From a virus, in IMG/VR virus record IMGVR_UViG_3300007760_001418, positions 1 to 64,000 of that record: DNA of 64,000 bases; one strand, written 5' to 3'. Position numbers and translations under genes: made by a program. This document shows, one piece after another, positions 15,949 to 25,298 of this stretch (the stretch's first letter is position 1; each line of letters begins with the position of its first letter). The notes beneath the pieces are model-generated. The model ran no database searches and was not told where the DNA came from. It was given only the letters and a program-made list of their open reading frames with translations.

Positions 15949-16132
15949 GGTAGGCCAACTCGTTAAGATGGCAACCGGCCACCATTTCAGGGATAGATAT
16001 GGATATGGCATAGTCACAGCTGTCGATGGTTACTACATGTGGGTCTGGTTCGCCGCCATCGCCGGCAATGGAGCTGGTGGGTTCAAGTGGTGTGAATGGA
16101 ATGCAGTGGAGGTAATCAGTGAAGCTAGGTGA
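15935..16132 (+). CDS. small SH3/KOW-like protein
   Basis: IKVGQLVKM..YGIVT..WVWF..EVISEAR. Confidence 0.75.
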   Translation: MDPIKVGQLVKMATGHHFRDRYGYGIVTAVDGYYMWVWFAAIAGNGAGGFKWCEWNAVEVISEAR

Positions 16133-16346
16133 CCTGGTGCGACTAATCGACCCGAACGCGTACGCGGGTAACGTCATGCCTCCCGGGTCTGTTGGCCTGG
16201 TAATGAAGGTAGAGAAAACGCGGAACGACTATAAGGATGTTGTCGCGGAGGTCATGTGGCACAAGCACCGATATCATAATGCAGACCCAACAAAATTCCC
16301 GAGGTACCTGGCAGGAGCACTCGAGGTGGTCAATGGAGATGGGTGA
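16119..16346 (+). CDS. small SH3/KOW-like protein
   Basis: MKLGDLVRL..VGLVM..EVMW..LEVVNG. Confidence 0.75.
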   Translation: MKLGDLVRLIDPNAYAGNVMPPGSVGLVMKVEKTRNDYKDVVAEVMWHKHRYHNADPTKFPRYLAGALEVVNGDG

Positions 16347-16557
16347 CTTATTCATATGCCATACCACCCAGTCGACTTATCTTATGGTACCAGATATCGG
16401 TGACGCAATTATAGACGATTGGGGGGTAATGGCCGGCAAGTACGGAATCATCATAGACCCCGAGCCCGTCAAGTATTGCGACAAGCAAATCATCTTGGTA
16501 TTAATAGATGGAGGTGTGGGGTATATCGGCAAGGCACTAATCAAGGTGCTCCCATGA
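16333..16557 (+). CDS. small SH3/KOW-like protein
   Basis: MEMGDLFIC..YGIII..VLIDG. Confidence 0.7.
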   Translation: MEMGDLFICHTTQSTYLMVPDIGDAIIDDWGVMAGKYGIIIDPEPVKYCDKQIILVLIDGGVGYIGKALIKVLP

Positions 16558-16799
16558 AGCCCGGTGATCTCGTAGTCTTCGACGCGGACATTGTCAAAAG
16601 GATATTCCCAGTAGGCCTGTTTGATGGGGATATGGGGACAATACTATCCGAGTGTGTACCAGGTGATCTGAGGAATCGTGGTGGCCCGTACCCACATATA
16701 GAGACCCCTTGTTGGTGGGTGCTATGGTGGACTGGTGATTACGCCGGTCAAAAGATATACTGTGAAGAACAATACCTACGGGTACTCGGCATTGCGTGA
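16554..16799 (+). CDS. small SH3/KOW-like protein
   Basis: MKPGDLVVF..MGTIL..WVLW..LRVL. Confidence 0.75.
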   Translation: MKPGDLVVFDADIVKRIFPVGLFDGDMGTILSECVPGDLRNRGGPYPHIETPCWWVLWWTGDYAGQKIYCEEQYLRVLGIA

Positions 16800-16903
16800 C
16801 TCACCTATCCCCATGTATACACCGGCCCTCGGAGCTTTTATTGCATACCGCGGTGTACAAGGCGGCACTCCCTACTTATCTTTAATATACCTGTGGAGAA
16901 AGC

Positions 16904-17374
16904 ATGAACCCTGACGACTACGACTGGAAGAAATACGAGGCATTACTTGAAACTTATAAGGAGCGCAATGGCTGGCCCGACAAGTACAAGCAATTCGAGG
17001 ATGCCTTCTATGATTTTGGCTTCAACAGGGATGGACAGTATGGAAAAAAATACACGTATGATATTGCACGTGAGGTAAAAGACACGTGGGCTGACTTCGA
17101 TATTAACGATATCGAGGAAGCGCCGGCTAGCATAAGGAGTACTCGGCCGCCTTGTCTCACTATCTTCAAGCCTGGAGACCTCGTGCTGTTCTATGCACAC
17201 AATGTGTATGATGATGCTGAACAACTTATCCATGCTGGAGGTAATCGGATCGGACTTATCATCGAAGTCGAACCCGCTAAGGAAGAGCCTGACGTCATGG
17301 CTCTCGTTATCGACGGTACTACACAACAACACCGATGGATCTTGGTCAACGACCTTGAGATAGCGAATGGGTGA
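16904..17374 (+). CDS. hypothetical protein with C-terminal SH3/KOW-like domain
   Basis: GGAG SD; FKPGDLVLF..IGLII..LEIANG. Confidence 0.7.
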   Translation: MNPDDYDWKKYEALLETYKERNGWPDKYKQFEDAFYDFGFNRDGQYGKKYTYDIAREVKDTWADFDINDIEEAPASIRSTRPPCLTIFKPGDLVLFYAHNVYDDAEQLIHAGGNRIGLIIEVEPAKEEPDVMALVIDGTTQQHRWILVNDLEIANG

Positions 17375-17618
17375 AAAACCCTCGAGCCGCAAACGACATC
17401 GTTGGAGTTTGGAGCCCGGGGACCTGGTCCAAGTAATAAACCCTCGGCCGCCTCTCGAGTCTAGTGCACGCCCGATCGGGATGGTGCTTTCAATATACTC
17501 GGCAAACGTATATGAGGGTTCGTCCGCCGATATACTGGTGGGCCGTCGGAAATTGTGGATTGAGACGAAATATTTGATCAGAATCGATCCAGATTCCGAT
17601 ATCTCTGTTATTTCTTAA
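17367..17618 (+). CDS. small SH3/KOW-like protein
   Basis: LEPGDLVQV..IGMVL. Confidence 0.65.
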   Translation: MGEKPSSRKRHRWSLEPGDLVQVINPRPPLESSARPIGMVLSIYSANVYEGSSADILVGRRKLWIETKYLIRIDPDSDISVIS

Positions 17619-17640
17619 AATTATCCGACCACTGCCGAAA

Positions 17641-17825
17641 ACTGCTCTCTGGGGCATGCCGCCAGACAACTAGTCGGTAGCAGCTAAGGTGTTTCCATAC
17701 CTAGACTGCCTTTATCCCTTAGAGAGTCAGCCAGGGCCTCAGGAGATGATCTGCTAGCAATCTCAGGGATTTGCTATCATAATAGCTATAATCGATGGAT
17801 ATCCGCTGCAATTGCTGCCCTAGAT
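17641..17825. ncRNA. structured intergenic RNA candidate
   Basis: nested stems CTCTCTGGGG/CCCTTAGAGAG, GCAGCTAAGGTG/ACCTAGACTGC, TAGCAATC/GATTTGCTA. Confidence 0.35.
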
Positions 17826-17925
17826 TGGTATACATTTCCTCAGTAAGGCAATATTTATTCGTGACGGTTATAGTTCTGTTTACGTACGGTTGAGTTTTTC
17901 AACAAATGTAACAAGGAGAACAATC

Positions 17926-18324
17926 ATGGAAAAAGTTGAAACAACAAGTAACATATTTAACCAGCTCGGAGATATACTCATGGGAGTACTCGGGTTTTGT
18001 TGGGTTATATTGAAAGCTGCAGGAGTCTTTTGTCTTGAAGTCGGTGACGCTGGATGGAAACTTATTGACACTATGGCTGGAGGAAATCCAATAGCTGCTG
18101 GAGCAATATGTGTAATGCTTGCTGGTGCTGCTATAGCCCTAGGGCTTAAAACTAGAATGATCCAAGGAGCATATCATATGGTCATGGGTCTTCTTAAGAA
18201 AGTTCCTTTTTTAGAAGCCACGGTCATGCGCACTATGCAGGTCGTTACTAAGTCTAAGGATTGGGTCATGGGCATCTATGAAAAAGCCGAAGGGCTACTT
18301 CACCCGAATAAAGGAAAAAAGTAA
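17926..18324 (+). CDS. membrane protein
   Basis: AAGGAG SD; two hydrophobic segments. Confidence 0.7.
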   Translation: MEKVETTSNIFNQLGDILMGVLGFCWVILKAAGVFCLEVGDAGWKLIDTMAGGNPIAAGAICVMLAGAAIALGLKTRMIQGAYHMVMGLLKKVPFLEATVMRTMQVVTKSKDWVMGIYEKAEGLLHPNKGKK

Positions 18325-18371
18325 AAGTTATCCTATATTTAATAGGGTAAGTTAACGTTAGGTAGGAAATC

Positions 18372-18662
18372 ATGAAAGTTAGAAAGTCACTATTACGGAA
18401 AGTCATTCAAGAAGAATTGGGTACTCTCAATGAGGAATGTCCAACCGGACTTCCATGTCCTATCGCTGCTGCTGCGGAGCTTAAGGATGCTGGGGCTAGC
18501 CCAGAGGAAATGTTAGATTGGATTGCCAAGCTAACTCAAGAGCTCTTATCTCCAGTCGATCGAGGCGATGGTCTCGATCCGACTGGGGCACCAGCACAGA
18601 TCGATGGTGCCCCTGAGCCCCCCGGGCTTGAGTCTTTATTGTCGGCCGGTGAGGAATATTAA
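18372..18662 (+). CDS. hypothetical protein with N-terminal LRxxIxEE tag
   Basis: MKVRKSLLRKVIQEEL; ATATTTA upstream. Confidence 0.7.
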   Translation: MKVRKSLLRKVIQEELGTLNEECPTGLPCPIAAAAELKDAGASPEEMLDWIAKLTQELLSPVDRGDGLDPTGAPAQIDGAPEPPGLESLLSAGEEY

Positions 18663-18748
18663 TGTCGATAAATTTACTCGAGCCGCCCAATAGAACTTCT
18701 TCGGTATTCAATCCGCTAGCTGTATGTATAATAAAAGGGGTGTAATAA

Positions 18749-19036
18749 ATGAGCCAATTTAAGATAACATACGAAGCACTACAGCAAATTATTAGAGAAG
18801 AACTAATACAAGAAGCTGAAGAATCTGAAAAACAAACCGCCGGCGGTTCTGGAACTGCTAGTAAGGGTGATGTTGTTAATAAGCTTAAAGAGCTGATTGG
18901 GCAAGTTGGAGATGTTCCGTCCACCCAGTATGGTGCATTCCTTGCTGTATTGGATGAAGTCTTGGAACTAGCCATGGCAGAAACACTTAAGGCCAAAGCT
19001 AAGACGATTATCACCGGCTTGAATAAATTTGACTAA
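18749..19036 (+). CDS. hypothetical protein with N-terminal LxxIIxEE tag
   Basis: KITYEALQQIIREELIQE. Confidence 0.7.
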   Translation: MSQFKITYEALQQIIREELIQEAEESEKQTAGGSGTASKGDVVNKLKELIGQVGDVPSTQYGAFLAVLDEVLELAMAETLKAKAKTIITGLNKFD

Positions 19037-19051
19037 TAAGGATCCAGACAA

Positions 19052-19576
19052 ATGAAAAAAATAGATTGCAATGAACTAAGAAGTATTATTCAGGAATCCG
19101 TCGTGGGCCCAGAAGATCTTCTAAAAAAGAATAGGCGTACGCCTAAGCTTACCCGCTCACGCCTGCGTCAACTCATTAAGGAAGAGCTTGAAACTTCCGA
19201 CAGGGGCCCCGGTGGCGCGCAGTTTGGTATTAGCTATAAGCATGTAGAAGCCATGGCAGAGTTTGACCCCAAACATATCGAAAACATTGTTACTGAGTTT
19301 GAGAAAACAATGTTAGACTTTCTAGAAAATTCTCCGGATGCGTTTGAAGACCCTAAAACAGGAGAGTATGGCCCATTTTCTGGTAAAGATAGCAAAGCAA
19401 AGATGGATAGGGTCAGGGCTGTCTGGGAGGCTCAGGTCAAAAAAGCAACAGACGAACTTAGCAATAGACTTGATGAAGCTGCTTCAGAATTTAAGAAAGA
19501 CCTGTCTGATATTATTAATCAGGTTGAAGATGGCCTACATAGTGGAAACTACCACCCCGCGTGGGATATTAAGTAA
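19052..19576 (+). CDS. hypothetical protein with two LRxxIxE tags
   Basis: ELRSIIQES and KLTRSRLRQLIKEELE. Confidence 0.75.
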   Translation: MKKIDCNELRSIIQESVVGPEDLLKKNRRTPKLTRSRLRQLIKEELETSDRGPGGAQFGISYKHVEAMAEFDPKHIENIVTEFEKTMLDFLENSPDAFEDPKTGEYGPFSGKDSKAKMDRVRAVWEAQVKKATDELSNRLDEAASEFKKDLSDIINQVEDGLHSGNYHPAWDIK

Positions 19577-19578
19577 GC

Positions 19579-19806
19579 ATGAGTAATAGTAAGACATATG
19601 GATTAAAGGTGGGTGATCTTGTTATGTGGAATAAGATGGCTCCCGGTCGCAGAGATCTACATGCATGTGGGCTTATTACTGAAAATCGTGGAGATGGAAA
19701 CGTCTCTGTACTAATAGAAAACCAAACGTTTGATGTTTCATGGAACCAGGTCATCCTTGTCATTCCTCCTTCTAATAACATACGTGAGACTGTCTATGAA
19801 GCTTAA
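19579..19806 (+). CDS. small SH3/KOW-like protein
   Basis: LKVGDLVMW..CGLIT..VSVLI. Confidence 0.65.
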   Translation: MSNSKTYGLKVGDLVMWNKMAPGRRDLHACGLITENRGDGNVSVLIENQTFDVSWNQVILVIPPSNNIRETVYEA

Positions 19807-20272
19807 AGACTCCATACTGCAAGAGATCGTTGCCAAGACAGCTAAACTACTATGTGAGTATGAGCAGTACGTTGACGAAGATGGAAACATATGGGATGAT
19901 GAAGGTAATGTCACCAGGCGAGGAAAAAGCTTTGGTAGACAATATGGTGGGGGAACATACGGAACTAATGCACCATGGAGAGGTCGATCATCAAAGCCTC
20001 GTCGGACGTCGTATGTGGGTGCGTCCGCTAATGCAGATCAGATCAAGGCTGTTGAAGATGCCTTGGCAGCTAAGCCTAATAACTTCCTAACTTCTATTCT
20101 TAATCAGCTCAGAGCCGGCCGGGGATTATCAGGAAAGCAAAAGGGAATTGTTAAGAGGATCATCAAAAAACATGATCCTAGTGCCGCGGCTCTGTTTGAG
20201 GGTAGTGTTGCATCCGATGAGCAACTATTAAGAGCCTTAATACAAATTAAGCTTCGAAAAACTAGCACCTAA
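19796..20272 (+). CDS. basic hypothetical protein
   Basis: MKLKDSILQEIV; NNFLTSILNQLRAGRGLSGKQ; C-term LLRALIQ. Confidence 0.7.
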   Translation: MKLKDSILQEIVAKTAKLLCEYEQYVDEDGNIWDDEGNVTRRGKSFGRQYGGGTYGTNAPWRGRSSKPRRTSYVGASANADQIKAVEDALAAKPNNFLTSILNQLRAGRGLSGKQKGIVKRIIKKHDPSAAALFEGSVASDEQLLRALIQIKLRKTST

Positions 20273-20385
20273 CTAGCCTACTCCATACTTATACTCGTGG
20301 TCATTGCATCATCGCATGCTTCTACCTACGCGTTCAGTCAGTTCAAGTTTAAGTCTACTAAATGACAAACTTTAAGGTGGGTATA

Positions 20386-20799
20386 ATGAGCGATGATAAT
20401 GGAAATGGTAAGGTTGCAACGGCAAAGTTAGAGATGAGCCTTGAGGCAACTCGATCCTGGATGCAAGGTTTAGATGATAAGCTAACTAAGACACAATCTG
20501 GTATGATTGATCTTTGTACTGATGTTAAGTTGGTATTAGATCGACTTGACACACTGGGGTCAAACGTCAAAAAAAATATAGAAGATGTTGAGCTACTCGA
20601 AAAGAAAGTTCTAGCAATTGAAACGAATCTTCGAATAACAGGTATCTATCCTAATGCACATAAGTGGGTAGAGGCTAGCCATGATATGGTACTAATAAAA
20701 GAACAAGTTGAACGATGGAAAAAGCTGACTTATCTTCTTACTGCATCAACAGTCGGGATGGCACTTAAGTTCTTTTTTGAAATGGTATCCGGTACCTAA
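20386..20799 (+). CDS. coiled-coil protein with C-terminal TM helix
   Basis: heptads followed by LTYLLTASTVGMALKFFF; start uncertain (20362 or 20386). Confidence 0.6.
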   Translation: MSDDNGNGKVATAKLEMSLEATRSWMQGLDDKLTKTQSGMIDLCTDVKLVLDRLDTLGSNVKKNIEDVELLEKKVLAIETNLRITGIYPNAHKWVEASHDMVLIKEQVERWKKLTYLLTASTVGMALKFFFEMVSGT

Positions 20800-20916
20800 A
20801 AAAATATTTCCCTAAGGGATGTACATATAAGATTTTATGCTTATATTAGTCTTGGTAAATTTGTTGGCCATCATGTTGGTGGTTCACATGCTTTGATAAT
20901 ATAGGAGAAAATTAAT

Positions 20917-21363
20917 ATGAGCAGCCTTATTCCTTTTAGTCGCTTTGGTCGTCTTCCTCAATCCGGTGGGTTTGAAGACATGATTGATGCATTTTTTAAC
21001 GAGCCCTTTAGACGGAACCTTTCCGCCTCGCTCACAACCGTTCCACCTGCAAATGTGTGGAGTAATGAAGCCGGATATAGTATCCAACTGGCCGCGCCTG
21101 GATATAGCCGTGATGACTTCAAGCTTTCTGCTGAGAGTGGTACCCTAACTATTACACTCTCAAATGATGCAAATACTACAACACCTACTGACAGCACTGT
21201 TGTACGTACAGAGTATACATATTCTGAGTTTACTCGATCTTGGTCACTCCCACAGGGCGTGAACATTAGTCAGATCAGTGCACGTTATGATGCCGGGATC
21301 CTGACTATCGACGTACCCGTCGAAGGCAAAAGCGCCTCAAGCGTAGTGATTGACGTTCAGTAG
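20917..21363 (+). CDS. hsp20: small heat-shock protein (Hsp20/alpha-crystallin)
   Basis: PPANV, LAAPGYSRDDF, FTRSWSLP, ISARYDAGILTIDVP. Confidence 0.92.
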   Translation: MSSLIPFSRFGRLPQSGGFEDMIDAFFNEPFRRNLSASLTTVPPANVWSNEAGYSIQLAAPGYSRDDFKLSAESGTLTITLSNDANTTTPTDSTVVRTEYTYSEFTRSWSLPQGVNISQISARYDAGILTIDVPVEGKSASSVVIDVQ

Positions 21364-21397
21364 CCACACTTTTTTAATAGCTAAGTAACAAATCACG

Positions 21398-21438
21398 GAG
21401 AGGGTTCGGCATTAATTTGTCGGACCTTCTTTTTTTTA
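21398..21438 (+). terminator. intrinsic terminator after hsp20
   Basis: GAGGGTTCGGCA...TGTCGGACCTTC plus T-run. Confidence 0.7.
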
Positions 21439-21526
21439 TGTTGACAATCCTATTTATAAATTGAGTTGCGTTTTGTTCCGTTAAGTTGTGTGTGCATACT
21501 AAAAACAACAATTTCGGAGAAATAAA

Positions 21527-21919
21527 ATGTGCGAAAAATTTAGAATATGGATTAGTAAACGAAGGCCATGGATGTTTGAAAACCATTGGCTACCCGGGTT
21601 TTTATCTCACTTTGCACCCATTAATATATGGGCCATTAGTGCAGGACCTTTTGTATTTTGCAAGGGTGAAATGTCCGAGTCAACAAAGCAACATGAAACA
21701 ATTCATTACCACCAACAATTAGAGTTATTATTTCTAGGGCAGTGGATCCTATATGGTGCATTCTGGTTACAAGGACTATGGGAATATAGAAAATATGCAA
21801 ACAGAGGTGCAAAAGCATATCGTGAAAACCCATTTGAACGAGAAGCATATGACAAAGAAAAAGAAGAAGATTACCTTAGTCATAGAAGCCTTTATAGCTG
21901 GACAAAATACCAATATTAA
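21527..21919 (+). CDS. HExxH zincin-like protein
   Basis: QHETIHYHQQLE ... AYRENPFEREAY. Confidence 0.7.
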   Translation: MCEKFRIWISKRRPWMFENHWLPGFLSHFAPINIWAISAGPFVFCKGEMSESTKQHETIHYHQQLELLFLGQWILYGAFWLQGLWEYRKYANRGAKAYRENPFEREAYDKEKEEDYLSHRSLYSWTKYQY

Positions 21920-22038
21920 TACTCTCTTTCGAAATAAAGGGTAGTTATTTGCTCTGATGTATACTTAAACATGCTACCGATGATTTGTCGGGCGTTCATG
22001 TTAAGTTGAGTTATATTTCAGGCGAGTTAGGTTTAAGA

Positions 22039-22380
22039 ATGGTTACTTTTTTAGTTAGAGTATCGTTATGTGTCGTGCATCTTATGATTATGGGATTAGT
22101 GCTTGTGGGTTGTAGTACACACAATCGTAGCTTAGTGAAGCAACAAAACTTGCCACCAGTCGTGGGCCAAGTGGATATTAAAGATGTCTCAGAGACATCT
22201 GAAGATGTTAATGCTAAACAGTTTGAGCATATACCTTTTATAAAATCAAATGATGCTGAGACCAGCCCTCGTTACGTGCATAAGTTGCTAGTTCGTTTAG
22301 GGGATGGTCAATTTCGTATTATCATATTAGAGGATAACGAAGCTGCTGGTTCATTAACAACTGATTTTTTACAACACTAA
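22039..22380 (+). CDS. putative lipoprotein
   Basis: hydrophobic N-terminus ending LVLVGCS; start uncertain. Confidence 0.5.
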   Translation: MVTFLVRVSLCVVHLMIMGLVLVGCSTHNRSLVKQQNLPPVVGQVDIKDVSETSEDVNAKQFEHIPFIKSNDAETSPRYVHKLLVRLGDGQFRIIILEDNEAAGSLTTDFLQH

Positions 22381-22438
22381 ACATTTATAATAAACAATTC
22401 GCGAACTCCCATGATAGTTATCTACATGGGAGTTTGTT

Positions 22439-22657
22439 GTGTTTGGATGGTTCAAAAAACGTCAGGAAAAAAAACGTATCGACAAAGCCGAGTGGAAGCG
22501 TGCAATCTATCGGCATGCCCAAACACGCTTACTTCAAGTAAAAAGAATCATGGATGCTGAGGGCGATATCGCCGGATCCAGAAAAATACAAGGTGCTTTA
22601 TTGACAACAATTATTGCATGTAATAGAAACGTAAAGGGAGTAAGAGATGAAGACTGA
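22439..22657 (+). CDS. hypothetical protein
   Basis: GGAG SD, GTG start MFGWFKK. Confidence 0.55.
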   Translation: MFGWFKKRQEKKRIDKAEWKRAIYRHAQTRLLQVKRIMDAEGDIAGSRKIQGALLTTIIACNRNVKGVRDED

Positions 22658-22934
22658 AATACTTCTACGTAAACTTATTAGGGAAGAGATAGGTCGGAAC
22701 TACCATACAATTGATACTGATCCTTATTCATATGAAGACTATCCTGGCATCAATATAGAGGTATATCCATCTAATAGGGGCCAATCTTTTGAAGCCCAGG
22801 TTACATGTGACTTTGACGATTCTCTTTCAACACCAAAACGTGCATTTAGTACTCAAGAAGATGCTGAGAATTTTATTCGGCAACACGTTGAAAAAATAAA
22901 CAGGAACAGATTGGGCCGGAACATTGAGGTCTGA
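22647..22934 (+). CDS. hypothetical protein with N-terminal LRxxIxEE tag
   Basis: MKTEILLRKLIREEI. Confidence 0.7.
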   Translation: MKTEILLRKLIREEIGRNYHTIDTDPYSYEDYPGINIEVYPSNRGQSFEAQVTCDFDDSLSTPKRAFSTQEDAENFIRQHVEKINRNRLGRNIEV

Positions 22935-22951
22935 CCTGGTATAATTTATTT

Positions 22952-23227
22952 ATGGCCAAGAAGAAGCCTAAAATTACCAGAAAGCCCTTAGGCCCGCAAG
23001 AATACAAAGAATGGAAAGTGGGTCAAAAAGTATATTGTATTCGTCATCCGGATGATAAATTTGGATACGGTCGAATAACGATGATCCACTTAGAAGACAC
23101 TAGCGGAGATCCTTGTTTTACTTTTATGTGTGAAGTATGTGGCCAGTACCGGCTAGCACTATTTGATAAGATTATTGAAAAGCCAACAAAGGCACAGGTT
23201 AACAAGGCAAAAAGGGGTACCGGTTAG
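22952..23227 (+). CDS. SH3/KOW-like protein with CxxC
   Basis: WKVGQKVYC..GRIT..CEVCG. Confidence 0.65.
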   Translation: MAKKKPKITRKPLGPQEYKEWKVGQKVYCIRHPDDKFGYGRITMIHLEDTSGDPCFTFMCEVCGQYRLALFDKIIEKPTKAQVNKAKRGTG

Positions 23228-24111
23228 ATAGCACCCACAATCTTTTGAACATCCTCTAGCCTAACACCTATACCCATATGGTTAAATCCCCTATGTGACA
23301 TAACAATGATGCTAATAATCTCACCGTTGTATAGCACTGGGGATCCAGAACTGCCGCCGGCAACCGGGACAGTATAGATACTATAGTTTTGACTATTGTG
23401 ACTATCAACACCAGCATAGGAACCACTAAATCGTAATGTCATTCCTGGTGCCCATATCCCTAGAGGGGCTGCCATATTTTGAACTGTGGTACCGGGTGGT
23501 GGTTCATTTTGTGCAATAGGCACGGCAAGGCCCCATATACCTGATGTCTCTACAATGCATGTATCAGCAATGACATTAAAAGCTGCCACTGTCGAATTAT
23601 GCTCACCACCTGCATAATCATGTATAATAACCTGAGGTGTATATTCTACTGTTAATGTATGGGTGGGAAATTCCATAACAATTTCAGTACTATTACCTGA
23701 TCCCCCCGGGGAATTTGAGTCTAAACAAACATGTGCAGCTGTTAAAATATATGTTGAGCTTTCTTTATGCCTTACAATTGTTCCAGATCCAATGGATTGT
23801 GGCAAAACAAACGGCAGCATTCCCCCCATTGACCGGAGCATATTACATTCTGCTTCACCTATAAGATCCTTATCTTTTGCCACACAATCTAAAAGCTTTA
23901 GATTGCCAGTCTGTTCTACTAATACAAATGATTCAACCGGGATAACTCCAGGACCTGTTTTAGTAAATAATAAAGATGATCCGGCCGGGATATTACCGGT
24001 GATGATGCTGATGTTAAGTAGTGCAATTAGTAGTGCGTTAAGTATTAATACGGCATACAACGATGAGGTTATCGTGTCGACTAGTTTGGCGTATTTAGAC
24101 TTTTTCTCCAT
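23224..24111 (-). CDS. membrane-anchored trypsin-like serine protease
   Basis: N-terminal TM; GSGTIV, ILTAAHVC (His), ADTCIV (Asp), GGSSGSPV (Ser). Confidence 0.88.
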   Translation of the reverse strand: MEKKSKYAKLVDTITSSLYAVLILNALLIALLNISIITGNIPAGSSLLFTKTGPGVIPVESFVLVEQTGNLKLLDCVAKDKDLIGEAECNMLRSMGGMLPFVLPQSIGSGTIVRHKESSTYILTAAHVCLDSNSPGGSGNSTEIVMEFPTHTLTVEYTPQVIIHDYAGGEHNSTVAAFNVIADTCIVETSGIWGLAVPIAQNEPPPGTTVQNMAAPLGIWAPGMTLRFSGSYAGVDSHNSQNYSIYTVPVAGGSSGSPVLYNGEIISIIVMSHRGFNHMGIGVRLEDVQKIVGAI

Positions 24112-24259
24112 GCACTAGCTCATTTTTCTTAGACCATTTGATTAAACTGTCTATTACTAATTATAGGCTCGCGGGTCGCCCGCAATAAAGATATTAGAAA
24201 TGTACATGTTAAGCCAACACAAGTATTATTCATTTGGAGTTTAGCTATTAAGGATATTC

Positions 24260-25084
24260 ATGACCTCTGAAGCAAAAAAGATCGTTCTTTTTGATATGGA
24301 TGGGACATTGACCCCTCCTAGAAAACCAATGGAGGAAAAAATCATTCCAGTTTTGGCGTCATTGACAAAACATGCGCGCATAGGAATTGTAACAGGTAGT
24401 GGGTTTGACTATATTAATGAACAATGCTCAGAACTATGGAATTCACCACTAATCGATCCTACTATGTTGACCCTTTTGCCATGTAACGGTACACAACGGT
24501 ATGAGTGGAATGCTAAAGATAAAAGCTGGGATCACATGTTCACTATCAGTATGAAAGAAGAGCTCGGCCTTTTGTCTTATAAGAAACTAACCAGGTCAAT
24601 CTTAGAGCTTCAATCAAAGATCGCAAACACAAATCTAGACCTTCCATTGTCAGGTACATTTCTACAATACCGAGGCAGCTTATTGAATTGGTGTATGATG
24701 GGTCGCGACTTTACAGATGACGAAAGAAATATATTCATTGCCATGGATGAGGGTAGCAGACTTAGAAAAGATCTACTACAACGGCTGCGGCGGTCACTGG
24801 GCCGCAAAAAGGTACGAGAGATAACTGCAGTCTTAGGTGGCCAATGCTCGATTGATATTTACCCGACCGGGTGGGACAAAACTTATGCACTTAAGCATTT
24901 TAGTGATTATCAAAAAATCTGGTTTTTGGGTGATAGGTGTCAAGCCGGCGGAAATGATCAGTTAATTTATGAAACGCTAAGGCCACTTGGCACATCCTTT
25001 GAAGTAGGAGGACCTGATGATACTATTCAGGTCATTCAAGAATTTGTTATTCCATCTATTACTGGAGATAAAAATGGACATTGA
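24260..25084 (+). CDS. phosphomannomutase, HAD-IIB (PMM2/SEC53-like)
   Basis: LFDMDGTLTPPR, GIVTGS, RGSLLNWCMMGR, GGQCSIDIYPTGWDKTYAL, FLGDRCQAGGND. Confidence 0.88.
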   Translation: MTSEAKKIVLFDMDGTLTPPRKPMEEKIIPVLASLTKHARIGIVTGSGFDYINEQCSELWNSPLIDPTMLTLLPCNGTQRYEWNAKDKSWDHMFTISMKEELGLLSYKKLTRSILELQSKIANTNLDLPLSGTFLQYRGSLLNWCMMGRDFTDDERNIFIAMDEGSRLRKDLLQRLRRSLGRKKVREITAVLGGQCSIDIYPTGWDKTYALKHFSDYQKIWFLGDRCQAGGNDQLIYETLRPLGTSFEVGGPDDTIQVIQEFVIPSITGDKNGH

Positions 25085-25298
25085 GCAAGAGCGTAGGTTA
25101 TTGAGATCTGTTGGTGGAGGTTATGCTAGTAGAAGAAATACCGGTAACCTATTACCAGAAGAAACAACCATTGCCGGACAATTGGTTGCGCAACAACTTC
25201 TTAAGACAACAACATGTAGAGGCAGTGAATGGCTCGAACTAACTAACGATGGCCAAGCAAGACTATATTTCTTAAATGGTCTTGAACTTGGGGTGTAG
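25074..25298 (+). CDS. hypothetical protein
   Basis: GGAG SD before MDIEQ; stop lies in the 5' end of the tRNA. Confidence 0.45.
   Translation: MDIEQERRLLRSVGGGYASRRNTGNLLPEETTIAGQLVAQQLLKTTTCRGSEWLELTNDGQARLYFLNGLELGV

Noticed and set aside
547-16346. CRISPR array or integron attC interpretation of the repeated junction and promoter motifs
   Set aside because: Repeats are degenerate, non-palindromic and separated by whole genes; no cas or integrase gene in the window.
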